Assembly: GCF_009834535.1 (NCBI RefSeq)
Contig: NC_045697.1
Coordinates: 78,122,001-78,186,000, forward strand
Origin: Camelus ferus
Taxonomy: Eukaryota
Direction: 5' to 3'
Length of the DNA stretch: 64,000 bases
The first letter of the stretch is position 1. The number at the start of each line of letters is the position of its first letter. The notes beneath the pieces were generated by a model. It made no database searches, was not told the DNA's origin, and saw nothing but the letters and a program-made list of their open reading frames with translations. The position numbers were made by a program, and so were the translations under genes. Positions 39,148-51,067 of this stretch are shown here, one piece after another.

Positions 39148-39492
39148 TGTGCCAGTTAGAATAGGCTAGGATGTATGGAAGTAACAGACAATGCCAAAAT
39201 GTCAGAGCATACAGCAAAAGAAAGCACTTCTCATTTCCACTCCCTCCCCCAAGACTCCAGCTTAGAACATTGACCAGAACCATGAAAGGGGGGAAGAAAG
39301 AGAAACTTGGTGCCACACACACACACGTGCTGTTAAAGCTGTTACCCAGATGTGACACCATATTGCTTCTGTTCACATTTCCTTGGCCAAGGTGAATCAG
39401 GTGGCCAAATTTGACTTCAACATGGTGGGGCCATATAATCCTCCTGCTGGGAGAGAAATTAGGTGTTGGTGAAGAGTGATGCATTCTACAAC
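39148..39492 (-). mobile_element. MaLR solo LTR (MLT1I/J-like)
   Basis: 'gttagaataggctaggatgtatggaagtaacagacaatgcc', 'ttctgttcacatttccttggccaag', 'tataatcctcc'. Confidence 0.75.
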
Positions 39493-39771
39493 AGAGGCTA
39501 AACAATGGTCATTTTTAAAAATTCCTTTTTATTATTTATTAAAAACAAACAAACAAAAAACTAGCCACCAGCTCCCATCTGCATTCTTTCTGGGAGGCTT
39601 AGGAAGACTTTTATACAAGAACAGCCCTCAGTTCCTCGCTTTCGGCCTCTAACTTGACCTATGCTAGTTCCCACGGTCACTGTGCAGAATAGACGCTTTT
39701 GCGGACTTTTGCCACAAACACACTTTTGATTTCAGGGGGTGTGTACAACTATACTCTGTTTCCCTTTTAAT

Positions 39772-40042
39772 TAACAATAACAACAATGTTCATAGTGAAC
39801 ACTTGTTATCTGCCATGCACTGTTCTAAGTGCTTTATATAAACTCACACATTTGATCTTCACAACAATCCTATGAGGGTAGGTGTGATTACTGTCACCAT
39901 TTTACAGATGGGGCAATTGAGTCACAGTGAGGTTAAGTCAGTCGCACAAGTTTCTTCAGCTAGAAGATAATAGCACTGACACTTGAGCCCCGTGGAGTCT
40001 GGGTGGAGAGCGTGCACACTTAGCCATTTTGCTGCATTGTCT
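39772..40042 (-). mobile_element. MIR SINE (near full length)
   Basis: 'gcactgttctaagtgcttta', 'cttcacaacaatcctatgagggtagg', 'ccattttacagatggggcaattgag'. Confidence 0.9.
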
Positions 40043-42558
40043 CAAACAGAATGGGACAAGTGAAATGTTTAGCACAGCAGCTGGGATGCATTAAATTCCC
40101 AACACACGAGCCCTGCTGCTACTGATGCTCAAGTTGGCTAGCTTAACCTTTTCTTTCTGCAAAAGATTGGGATGTATTTTTCATATCATAACTCTTCAGT
40201 CTTCGCAGAATTACTGTGAGGTAGGCGTGAGTCAGGCAACGCCACTGCCATTTAATGGGAGATGGCCACAAAACAGTGATGGTCCACTCACGCCGGTGTG
40301 TTCTCTTTTCTGCTATTGATCCGCTGACATTGTGCCACAACCAAAATGCAATGGGGACTTTACCCAGAAAGGATGAAGTTCAATACGTGCGGGCTTATCG
40401 CACTGTGCTACCTCTCCAGCTCTTCAGGAACACAAAGCTAATTTGTAGGTGATATTATATTTTCATCTCATGCTTTATATGCAACCTCTATCCATGTTAA
40501 TGGGAATTTTTTGTGCTTACTCTAGGGAAAATTGATTCCAATTATTGAGTATAATTTATTCCAACCCCTTGATGGAATAATTTATACTCCTGAGATACTC
40601 TTGAAATGTGTAGCCAATAGGGAACTCTATTTATATGTAAGTTTTTACACATCTTTCAATTAAATAAGAAATCCAAGTGCAAAACCCATCACTCAAGGAA
40701 AGCATATGAGTTTGTAACACTCCCGAGAGGTTTTTTGGTCCATAAACCAATAAATGGATTACACTTACAGGGCAAAATTCTCTTCTCAGGGCCCATGTGG
40801 CGCTCCTATTGACTTACCTAGGAGGCGGCTCACAGGGGAAGCGAGGTGTTTTAGGCTGCAGAGAGAGGAACGGTCATTTCTTCATATAATCGATTTTAGG
40901 GCTCCACTATTGATTGTTCTAAAGAATGTATTTGTTAGGATACAAACTATTACATGTATAAATACACATTTACTTGATTATAAATCCTACAGACATAAGG
41001 CCTTTTAACAAGGAAACGGGAGTGCGCTTTTCTAACATAAAGGACAGAGATTTGCATGTTTTGTGCATATAAATGAGATGATAGGACAAGGTCACTATGT
41101 GGATTTTATTGTTGTAGTTAGACTAGTCCACCTTTAATGCGAGGTAAGAGGCATTTCACCTCATCATTTCTGGCATTTCATGAAAAATGAAAGTTTCTTG
41201 TACTAAACATTGCAGTTTATATATATATGTATAATCTAAATTGTATTGTTTACAATAAAAAACGGTGCTAATATAGATTCCAGTTAATTTAACATAATTG
41301 TTTTCAAGGTGGCTACCCTGCAGTGAAGTGGCTTATAAACCCATTATCTCTATATTTTGTCAAAAAAATTCTACTGTAATATTTGTTTGGGGAGAAAAGA
41401 AAAACACCCATTTGAATGAGTCACTGTTTTACAGAGGGATTTAGAAATCATGGGGCTCACTGATCCTCAGAGTAACCAAGTGTGTTTATAGAGAGTTTTG
41501 AACCCTACAAAGTAATTTACAGATGTGTGGAATTGCTGTTGAAGGACAATTTGTGTTTGTGACCCAAATATTTCTTAGAAGTCTTGGAGACCCAACATCA
41601 AGAGAGGTCAATCCTCAGCTCATAGTTTGTGAGTTAAAACTATGGTTCCTAATTTAAGACTTTGCCAAGACAAATAACATTTGTGATACTCAAAGAATAC
41701 TTTCAAATTTTGTAGGAACTTCTATTTTCTGGTGTAGAAGTATTTCCCAGATCTTTGGGGGACAGAAAATCTCATCTCCTGAATGATGAATATTTAGATA
41801 AGCATATATGACACTTATTTATCTGTCCATGTGGATATTTAATATACTAGTAACAGTGATTCTGTGTGCTGTGGAACAATGAAAAAACTGTTTCTTGAAT
41901 ACGAAAGATTTGACATATGAAGCCAAATAAGATCTTCCAGCTCCCCCTACTCTTTTTTTTGCCACGTGCTGAAGTCAGCAAGGGCTGTGAATGGCTGTTG
42001 TTAATAGAATGTTCAGATTATTTGTTTGGACATCATAGTTTCATCAGCTGACTTTATCCCTTCTCAGCTAGTCCTTCTTGCAAAACACTCGGTGAATTCT
42101 TTTTCTCATCTGCTCTTTTAATATAAAAAAAAGTTATTTCAGCATTTGCTAAAGACCTTCCGAAACTCAGGGCATAATTCCCAGTGGCAGTCTATGGAGA
42201 GGTGAACACGTACACAAACACTCATGGACACACACCCCAGGGGCACGTGGTCCCGTGTGTCATTTCGCTCAAGCCCTAGAAATGTGCCGCACTCCCACTT
42301 GTGCTAATGAAGCCTTGGAATTTCTTTTCTGTCCTCAGTCCACTCTGTTGCCTGCTCTCCTGTGGTTCCCATTTGGACTTTTAAATGGAATGTTCAGCTG
42401 ATGGTTCTGTGACTGTTGACAGAAGCAGAAAAGGAATCCAGTCACCATCTATGAATCCTGGCCTCTCTTTTTCCAACAGTATTTGATTTCTTTTTCTCAG
42501 TATCAGGGAAGTACTAGGGCACGCTGACCTGTAAAAATGCTTGCAATGGAGAGAAAGC

Positions 42559-42559
<1 letters not shown>

Positions 42560-42595
<36 letters not shown>
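42560..42595. repeat. (AC)18 microsatellite
   Basis: Direct reading. Confidence 0.97.
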
Positions 42596-42598
<3 letters not shown>

Positions 42599-43023
42599 GA
42601 TAGGCATCCCTTTGGTCAATTTAACCTAGTTAAATGTCACCAAACTTCTTGTAATGGTACCTAAGAAATCTCACACTTCTCTTCTTCCTTGAAAAACAGA
42701 CCAGGAAAAAATACCCTTTTAATAATGTGTTTTGGAAGTTAGCCAGTGGCCTATAAAATTGTGAGAAGTGAAGTGCTATGAATTTTATCATGTTATAAAA
42801 GGGTATCAGATTTAGGCATGTGTTTAAAAATTAACTTTTAAAGTGATCTTCCTATATGGAGAAGTCAAACAGTAATTTTTTTGTTTCATATTTTTAGATT
42901 CAAGGAAATGTTTTTCTTCCACAGCAAAAACTATTTTCCATTTACATTTCTTTAATAGCCAGCACTAAAACATGAGTAGCAGTGTGACAATAAACCTTCA
43001 TGGCCAGATTCATTCAGTTTCTT

Positions 43024-43096
43024 TTCTTTTTTTTTAAAATATATTTTTATTGAAGTACAGTCAGTTTACAATGTTGTGTCAATTTCTGGTGTACAG
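43024..43096 (-). mobile_element. Very short L1 3' insertion with perfect 13-bp TSD
   Basis: 'tttattgaagtacagtcagtttacaatgttgtgtcaatttctggtgtacag'; TSD cattcagtttctt at 43011-43023 and 43097-43109. Confidence 0.9.
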
Positions 43097-43404
43097 CATT
43101 CAGTTTCTTGTTTGAAGGTTACACAAATAGTAAGTGGTAAAATCAGGGCTGGGATCCTGATTTTGTGATCCTCTGTCCTGCATTCTTTCCATCCCAGCTT
43201 GAAACCAGCTCAAGTGTGGCTAAAAGTCTAGAAACCATCTCCAGGGGCCTGGCATCAATGATTTTATTTTTTAGTAATGAGATTTAACCAATATAAGCCA
43301 ATGACTGTACAAAAGAAGGGCTTGAGATAACTAGTTCAGTTATCAAAGTACAAAGAAACGATACCCCAAGAAAAAAGGCAGTGTTGAATAATCTTTCACT
43401 GAAG

Positions 43405-43650
43405 GAGGCAGAAGCTGTCTGGGTATCGGTCTTGAACTCAGGTAGGTTTTCTTTCAAGTCCTGGTTTGCTACTTAAATTTTTGGACAGCTGAGTAAATTA
43501 GGTAATGTCGGCTAAATTTCAATTTCTTCATCTGTAAAGTAGAAATAATGACAGTATTTCCCCCACGAGTGGTGGGGAGGATTATATGAGATGATGCTTA
43601 GAGTTGTTGCTGGCCATAGTAAACACTTAATATATGTTTCTGTTGATATT
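43405..43650 (+). mobile_element. MIR SINE
   Basis: 'aatttcttcatctgtaaagtagaaataatgacagta', 'gaggattatatgagatgatgc', 'catagtaaacacttaata'. Confidence 0.8.
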
Positions 43651-43799
43651 TTTTAAAAGTTATATTGTGGTTATGATTATATCAGTATGCAATTACATTG
43701 AAGCAGAAAACAGATACATACTTGAAATCTATCACATTATATAAGAATTTGCATGCTAGAATATATGTAGTAATAGTTGAGAATGATCATTTTATTTTA

Positions 43800-44030
43800 A
43801 TTTAAACAAACATTTATATGGCATTCGCCGTGTGCCAGGCACTACTGTAACCACTTTGCAAATATTAACTTACTCATTTTCACAATACCTCTGTGAAGAA
43901 GGTGCCATTATCCTCTGTATTTCAAGATGGGTAAACTGAGGAAAGTGGAGACTGGTAAGAGAAGGAGTCAGAATTCAAAACTTGGTGATCTGGTTTGAAT
44001 GTCTGTCTGCCTAACCACCACCCACCCTGC
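43800..44030 (-). mobile_element. MIR SINE
   Basis: 'tgtgccaggcactactgtaa', 'agatgggtaaactgagg'. Confidence 0.8.
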
Positions 44031-45654
44031 CTCACGTGGAAGGCTCAGCCCGCAGTGCGGCACTGTCATCCTTATTTGTGGGCACATGACATTCATTCCA
44101 CAACAAGAGGAACTTGGATTTAAAAGCCAATGTAGAAATAGAACCCTAATTACATAAATATCTTTGAAGCACTCATGTAAACAATCTACTATTTCAAAAG
44201 AAAAATAGCACAGTTGAAAAACTGTTTCTATTGAGACAGTATAAAATAAATCATTAGGAGGAGATTAGATGTAGTATGTATACGAGAGTAGTATATATTC
44301 TCTGTGTATAAATATTTACAAACTTCTTCTGTTTCTTGGCTCCACTCTTGTGTATATGTGTATTTGTAACATCACATGCAAATGTGAGAGGATTTAACAT
44401 CTGGCTAAAATAGCTTTTGGATGCTTTTACCTTTGGTTTCTCGTACGATTTCAATAAATGACTAATTATCATATGTAGTTACTATGGCAATGTGAAAATG
44501 TAGAATAGTCTACATACAGTAAGCTAAATTGTGGGCAAGTATGATTTATACAGAAATACATATTGTTTGTAGGGCTCCTTCCATTTAACTGTGACATCTC
44601 AGTTGCATTCTATTAAATGTTGCTCATCTTTGCTTAGAAATAAAGTATGTTATTGAGAATGATAATAAATTCATATTAGTGAAGTAATTCAGTTAGAAGC
44701 CCTTTCGTGTCGTTAAAATGATCAGTTTGAAGCTCCCAGAGTAGAAACCTGTCTCTGTATAAATTAGTAGTTTGTTACTTTCTGTTTATAATTTGGACTA
44801 AGTAGACACAGCTTAGTTTAAAAAAAAATGAAGTCTTTGTTATGGAATGAAGTATTGAAGAATATCACTGAAAATGTTCTCACTGAGCATAGCTAGCAAC
44901 GCACTCTCAGGCAGATACGACCGGCCGTTGTGCACGTAACTTGTTCCCTTATTCGTTTGCTGCTGGTAATGAGTAACTCACAGTTCTAGTTAAGAGCCCA
45001 ACTTTATTGCAGATGATCCAGTAGCTGCTTCCAAATGTCAATAGTTAGGTTGTAAGAAATAGAAAAAAGTGCCCATGTCCTCTGAATGAAGACCAATAGT
45101 AAGCGTTGTTCACATTTCCAAGTATTTATCACTGCTTACTATCATTTTTCCCTCACAGCAAATGAATCATTTTAAATAGAAGCAAACTGATCCTCTTATT
45201 AGCAAGTCTAAATCAGTAGAGCAACATCTATTTTCAGAAGCTCTGTAGCTATAAAGGGATCTTTACAGTTTGTAGTGCTGTGCCCTGTCCCAAAATGACA
45301 GCATTCTGATACAAATAGATTTTTCGGGCCCTGGTGCCAGCGTCTCTATTGTGGAACCTTTGGTTGGGAAAGCCGACAGCTGGGAGGAGTTCAGTGTTTT
45401 GAAGGTTATGATCACAGCGGTTTCATAAGTGCTTTATTTCAGTTCTGTTCTGGCTGCAGAAGGGACAGGTGCGGTCTGGTTCTGATTTCACTGGTCTTAA
45501 TTTCTTATCTGACCTGGTAGTCAATCAAGGGCATGGGAGAAAGAGAACGAGAGGAGAGGGAGAGAGAGAGAGAGGAGAGATGCCGGGGGTTGGGGGGAGA
45601 AGGGAGCTGGGGGCTATGAGCTGCAGGGGGAGGGGTGCTTGCGTCTGTGCAGGA

Positions 45655-45658
<4 letters not shown>

Positions 45659-45700
<42 letters not shown>
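45659..45700. repeat. (GT)21 microsatellite
   Basis: Direct reading. Confidence 0.97.
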
Positions 45701-45702
<2 letters not shown>

Positions 45703-47769
45703 TGCTAAGCATCTGACTTTTCTCATGGAGGAACTGGCAGCTCTGCCTGTCATTCCGCACTTCTGTGTGTACGAATGCTGCCCTGTGCAAAATGGATTTC
45801 TGAGTGTTAACCATCATGTTCTTCTTTTTCCAAAGGGTCTTCTGTAGGATTTCATTTGCAGAGCACAGAGGGCAATATCTAGGGTAATTCCAGGGCTTAG
45901 TGGCTGTGATCTTTTGTCAACTCTCCTTGTGAGAGAAATTAAACTCAGTCTGAGCACCCACAATCACAGCGAGCGCGTCGCCATCCCCGGCCAATGGGTG
46001 GGGAATCACAGACCCGACAAGTATTTATGAGAGGGAAAAATGAGATGTCATAATGCAACAAGAATATATTCATTAAACCTTTCAATTTCGCAGAAACAGA
46101 GAACTCCCACTTCAGTAAAAGGCTTTGAGCAGATTGATCAAGTCTGATATTCTTACTTTTATGAGATTTGACTCTCTATGCTAAAATGAGATATATTTAA
46201 AAGAAGGCCAGCCTTGCCAAAGGAGGAAAACTACTAACATGGTGGAGTTAATGTAACACTAGCCACTATTCTTTTGATGGAATACTGGATAATGCCCACA
46301 ATATGCATTGAAAAAAATCTGAGCACCAAAATGAGGATGGAAATAAATTATCCCTTTGAATGCATGGAAAGAACATGCAGACCTGTTTCAGGCTTTCTGA
46401 AACAGTAGCCCCGACAGTTTGATAGCCTCTTATAATTGCCAAGCAATTTCATTTCTTTCAATACAATCAAACAATGACAACTTGTACTTAAGGTATTTGC
46501 CAGAATACAGCTTTCATAATTGTGGTATCTACAGACTGATGTTCTGCAGGATGTCCCGAGCGTGGCCCGAGCAGCGTTTGCTGGCACACAAGCACACTGG
46601 GCGACGCCTGCCCTGTATCCTGTTTTTGGTCTCTGAGACCCACATAGGTGTGTTAAGATAGGGATAGCTGTACCCGGAGCGAGTATTCCATAAATATTTT
46701 TAGGTTCTTTGTGTTGAGTTCAGAATTTCCTAGATCTACGAGTCTCAGATCAGACAAATCTGAAAAATGGAGAATGTTTTCAGTTGGTGGGAAAACTGGG
46801 ACTTCCCTCAGTTTGAATGTCTTAGAATCTAGCCAATATTTGGACATCCTCCAAGTGGAGAGCGCACTGGAGCTACTTTCCACACCAGCATGTTTTACTC
46901 TTGACCTTGGAGATAAACAGGCTCTGAAACCAATCTCGAGCCTTAGGTTATAACTGTGATTGTGATCCGATTGGTATTCGTGTCGAGATGCTGTGTGTTC
47001 TACAAGAAGGCTGTGCATATTTTTGGGGAAGTACAGGTCATTGGTAGGCTTGAGGGAAGGAGATAAATTTGTGACCTTTAGTCTAGATTCAGATCAAAGA
47101 GCAAAACTGCAATGGGCAAAATTCAGTATTAATTCAATACTCTGAATCATCCCCAAATATCTACTAATGTTTGGTGATTAGAACTATTATAATATGTTGA
47201 GCTCTGAGAGTACATCATATGATGAAAATACCTATAATTAATTTTTATATTTTAGAGTTTAAAAATGTTAATTATTATACCTCCAAATCTTGTTCTAGAT
47301 GAGTTAAATATGGTCTTTTTTTTTTGTAGCCTTGAAAGATAAAGAGAAGCAGCACAGAGACAACTCTATGAAATCTGGGGCTGTTTGCCGCCAGGATACT
47401 TAACATAAATCAAAAAGTCGTTACCTCACATTAACAGTTGTAAGTCTACGGCAGGGAGAGTGAAAGAATAAAACATACTTGAGCCTAAAAATTAATTTAG
47501 AAAAATGTGTGCCACATATGCATTTCTTGTTTGTAAACCGCATGCCTCTGTCAGCGCAGTCAGCCCAGCATAGAGCAGACCCTCTGGCCCCGAGGCAGAG
47601 GCTGTGTGAGCCTCCTGCAACAAAGTGGCTACTTCCATCTCCAGCAGCACTGAATGGAAGCATTAAAGAGATACCTCCTCCAGAAAAGTTGTCTGATGTA
47701 CAAGGAAAGCTTTTATTTTTAATTGTTGAATATCTACTATCAGCCAAATCTTCGGTCACATTTCAATTT

Positions 47770-48165
47770 CATTTTTTGGTTAGTATTATTGATGATGGTT
47801 TACATGTCTGTCTTCCCTTCTAGACTAAAATCTTCCCTTTTGTACCCCAAAAGCCCAAGATCACATATTCAATTTTATATTCCATGTCTAATTTATCCAT
47901 TCCCACTGCCTCTGCCATTACCACCTATGTGACCTTAGACAAACTATTTACATCTCTGGGCCTCAGTACCTTCTCTGTAAAATAGAAACGAAAATGATAC
48001 CTACAGAGCAGAGGTTTTATGAGAAACAAATTAGTTAACATTAGCTTCATATTTTGTTAGCACTTAATAAATATCAGTTATTATTACATTAATATTCATG
48101 CCTTCATAATCAACTTGCACAGTGCCTGGCACCAAACTGCCACCTGTTACCTATTTTGTGTGTTT
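47770..48165 (+). mobile_element. MIR (~47895-48090) within an L2 3' end
   Basis: MIR 'ctatgtgaccttagacaaactatttacatctctgggcctcagt'; L2 'gtctgtcttcccttctagact' and 'gcacagtgcctggcac'. Confidence 0.75.
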
Positions 48166-49329
48166 AAATGACATTAAAAAAAGTGTGAATCACAGAAATA
48201 ATTACTAAAAAGTCATTTTTCCATAATATGAAAAGATAATTTTGTAGCTGAATTGCTAACTTGCTGCAAAATTATAGGCAACTCACTTTTTCTTCTACTG
48301 CTTCAGTTTCCTGCCGACTGGAAATAGCAAAGTATCATTTCTCTCTCTTCTTTAAAGTGCTATAAACTCTTGCAGTTATAAAATGTTGAGTGACAGTATT
48401 ATCTGATTTTATCCTAGCAAAAGCTTGTAAGATCTGAGTGTAATAAAGTCTATTTATATTGTTATAGTTCATAAATATGATTGATTTATTCCCCCTACTC
48501 TCCTACATCAAACTAGCACATGATGTAAGTGCATTCTGGCACTTGCTGTTATTAAAAACAAAGCATAACCCTTTTCCCTTTTTTTTTCAACCAAAGTAGT
48601 TCAAGTTATGAGAAAGGTGTATTTAGGCAAGTAAGCTGCCTGCCTGCAAAGGTATACTTAGCAAGAAGAAAGAAGGAGGTAGATTGTTTACCTTGAGCAC
48701 TTTGTGGTTGTTCTGCTGGCTGCTCATGCCATGTGTCCCCTTCTCTGGCCAGATGCAGCATCTGTCTCACTTAATTATCAGGACAGCCTGTTGCATGTGG
48801 GGTTTGGAAGAATGAAAGATTTCTCAAGGGCTCTCTGCTTATGGTATTTTGGAATGCTGTTATTTGTGGATGGATCTAATAACTTGTAATTCTCTTTTGT
48901 GTTCTCTGGCATGGTTTTGGTGCTGACAAAGAACTCCATAGAATGTCTGAATACCAGGGGACAACTCGACTCTGATAACATGATAGGAGATGAAGAAGAT
49001 CAAGGGACAGAGATCAGGTCCCTGCTTCCCTGAATTAACTGTACATTCCAAACAAGAAAGTTGTGTGACCCTTTTTATTTCAAAAGTTTCTTGTCTTATA
49101 TTCGAATCTTGAATCTTCTCATCATGTTAGTGGCTCTCTTCGCTGAGTATTTTCTGTTTGGTATTTATTTTCTTCTTCCAGGTTATTAGGAATCTATTAG
49201 AAGTCATATTGCCACTTTATCCGCCATCCTTTTGTCTGATGAAGTTTGGGAAGCATGCTGACCTCCGAAAAATTTGATGCCATAAAGAAAAGAGAAGAAA
49301 AATTTAAAAATTAAAAGTGACTTAAAAAA

Positions 49330-49785
49330 TTATCCATACATGTATTATTTTGAAGCAAATCCCAGATACCATTTAATTTTATTGGTAAATAATTTACCAA
49401 TTACCCCTAAAATATGAATGTATTATTACCTAACTACAATATCATGATCATACCTAAAATATTAGCAATAATTCTTAATATCATTAAATAGACATTGTTT
49501 ACATTTTCAATTGTGTCATAAAAAGTCATAATTTTTATATAGCGTGTTTTCTGAATTGGGATCAAAAACCGTCCATGTATCACTAATTGGTTAGTATGTC
49601 CTCTGAGAGGGTTTTCATCATAGGCTTTCTCTTCCATCTCTTTCTCTTTTTCCTGCTTGTAATATATTTGTTTACGAAACTGTGTATTTTTCCTGTAGAG
49701 TCTGAACTTTGCTGATTACATCTCTATAGTTTCTTTTAACTTGTTTTCTTCTTCTATATACTGAAAAAATTGATAGTTGAGTCAG
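49330..49785 (-). mobile_element. Ancient L1 3' UTR (L1MC4/5-like)
   Basis: 'ttttgaagcaaatcccagatac', 'gcaataattcttaatatcattaaata', 'gaattgggatcaaaaaccgtcca', 'ctttgctgattacatc'. Confidence 0.7.
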
Positions 49786-49887
49786 AGTAAAACTTTTCTC
49801 TCATCTCACTTGTTTGTATTACATTCTGATTTATAAACATAGTACATCAATGTAGTATCGTTAAGTGCTTTTTTAGATGTTATTAGA

Positions 49888-49985
49888 CTGGTGATTCTCA
49901 AACTTTGGCCCCTGGATCAGGGGCCTACACTGGGTTACACTAACCCAGTGTAGGTCCCTAATTCTTCTATCAATTACCCCGGTGA
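49888..49985. mobile_element. MER5-like fragment containing a near-perfect hairpin
   Basis: Starts 'ctggtgattctcaaacttt' (MER5 terminus-like); ends 'ttctatcaattaccccggtga'. Confidence 0.5.
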
Positions 49986-50479
49986 AAAAAGGGCAGGAAT
50001 CCCAGTAAAGAATTGGTTTTATTTATTTGTCAGCATCCTGTTACATTTGCCAGCACCCTATGTAATTTGAATGCTGTTGTTAACTCTTGCTGCTGCTCCT
50101 TTTCACTACGTCATGACCCTACGTAACACGTAACTTCCCATTATCCAGGAGCAAATCCAAGATCCCCACTGTGTACCCCAAGGACCTGCATATACCCTTG
50201 TGTCTCACTTCCATCAGCGCTCATGTGTAATAATTTAATCTTTCTGTTTTACTGACCATTTATTGGTTTTTCCCTAAGAATTGCTCCCTATTCTTAAAAT
50301 GTTTCTATTGCCCAAATTCCTAAGCATTTATATTACACATAGTATCTCACATCCAGATTTTTGAAAAGTTTTCCCAGATGAACCATATAATCTGAAAGTG
50401 GAACTCATTCTTGGCTAATCTAATATTTTTCTACAGCTTCATACTAGACCTGCACGAGTGGCAGTGCATGAACTCAGGG

Positions 50480-50670
50480 ACAAGAGGTAGTAGTGTAAAG
50501 GTTAAAAGCATGGATGCCAGGATTTAAATCTTCTCCTATTTACTATGTTTGCTTTAATTTCTTTTTCTGTAAATGGGGAAATGAATAGTACCAACCTCAC
50601 TGTGTTGTGGGATTAAATACTTTACTATGTGTAACATGCTTTGAAGAGAGCCTGGAACATTGTTATCTAT
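50480..50670 (+). mobile_element. MIR fragment
   Basis: 'tagtgtaaaggttaaaagcatgga', 'tctgtaaatggggaaatgaatagtaccaacctca'. Confidence 0.75.
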
Positions 50671-50962
50671 CCTTCTCTTAAGATGTTATTTGATCACGTT
50701 AATTTTGGTTCATAGGTCTTCATGAGGATTGTCCACTCTAGAACATTCTGGCTGGGTAGAAATTATGCCATTAGACTTCTATTAACATAACATTTAATTC
50801 AGTGCCACTTGTAACTAAGTGCTTCTTGAATTTAGTGATATTCAAAATGCAAATCATTGAATTATAATCTTAGAAAAATATAATTCAGAGTAGTTAGTCT
50901 TCAGGACCTAAATAAATAAACTACAGATCATGTATCGTAGGAAAAGAAAACCTGGTAGCTAG

Positions 50963-51067
50963 TATAATGTAATATAATATAATACAATCTGCAGTATAAT
51001 CCATAATGTAGTGCAATATATAATGTAATATAATATATGATGTAATATAATGTAATATTGTATATAT
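50963..51067. repeat. Degenerate (TATAA/TGTAA)n pentanucleotide repeat
   Basis: Direct reading. Confidence 0.85.

Noticed and set aside
39083..39505. Longest ORF (140 aa)
   Set aside because: Lies over a decayed MaLR LTR; no domain-like content
45469..45847. ORFs with CVCV/HTHT repeats
   Set aside because: Translation of the (GT)n microsatellite; same at 42381-42593
46653..47018. 121-aa ORF
   Set aside because: No recognisable homology or exon boundaries; length expected by chance in 64 kb
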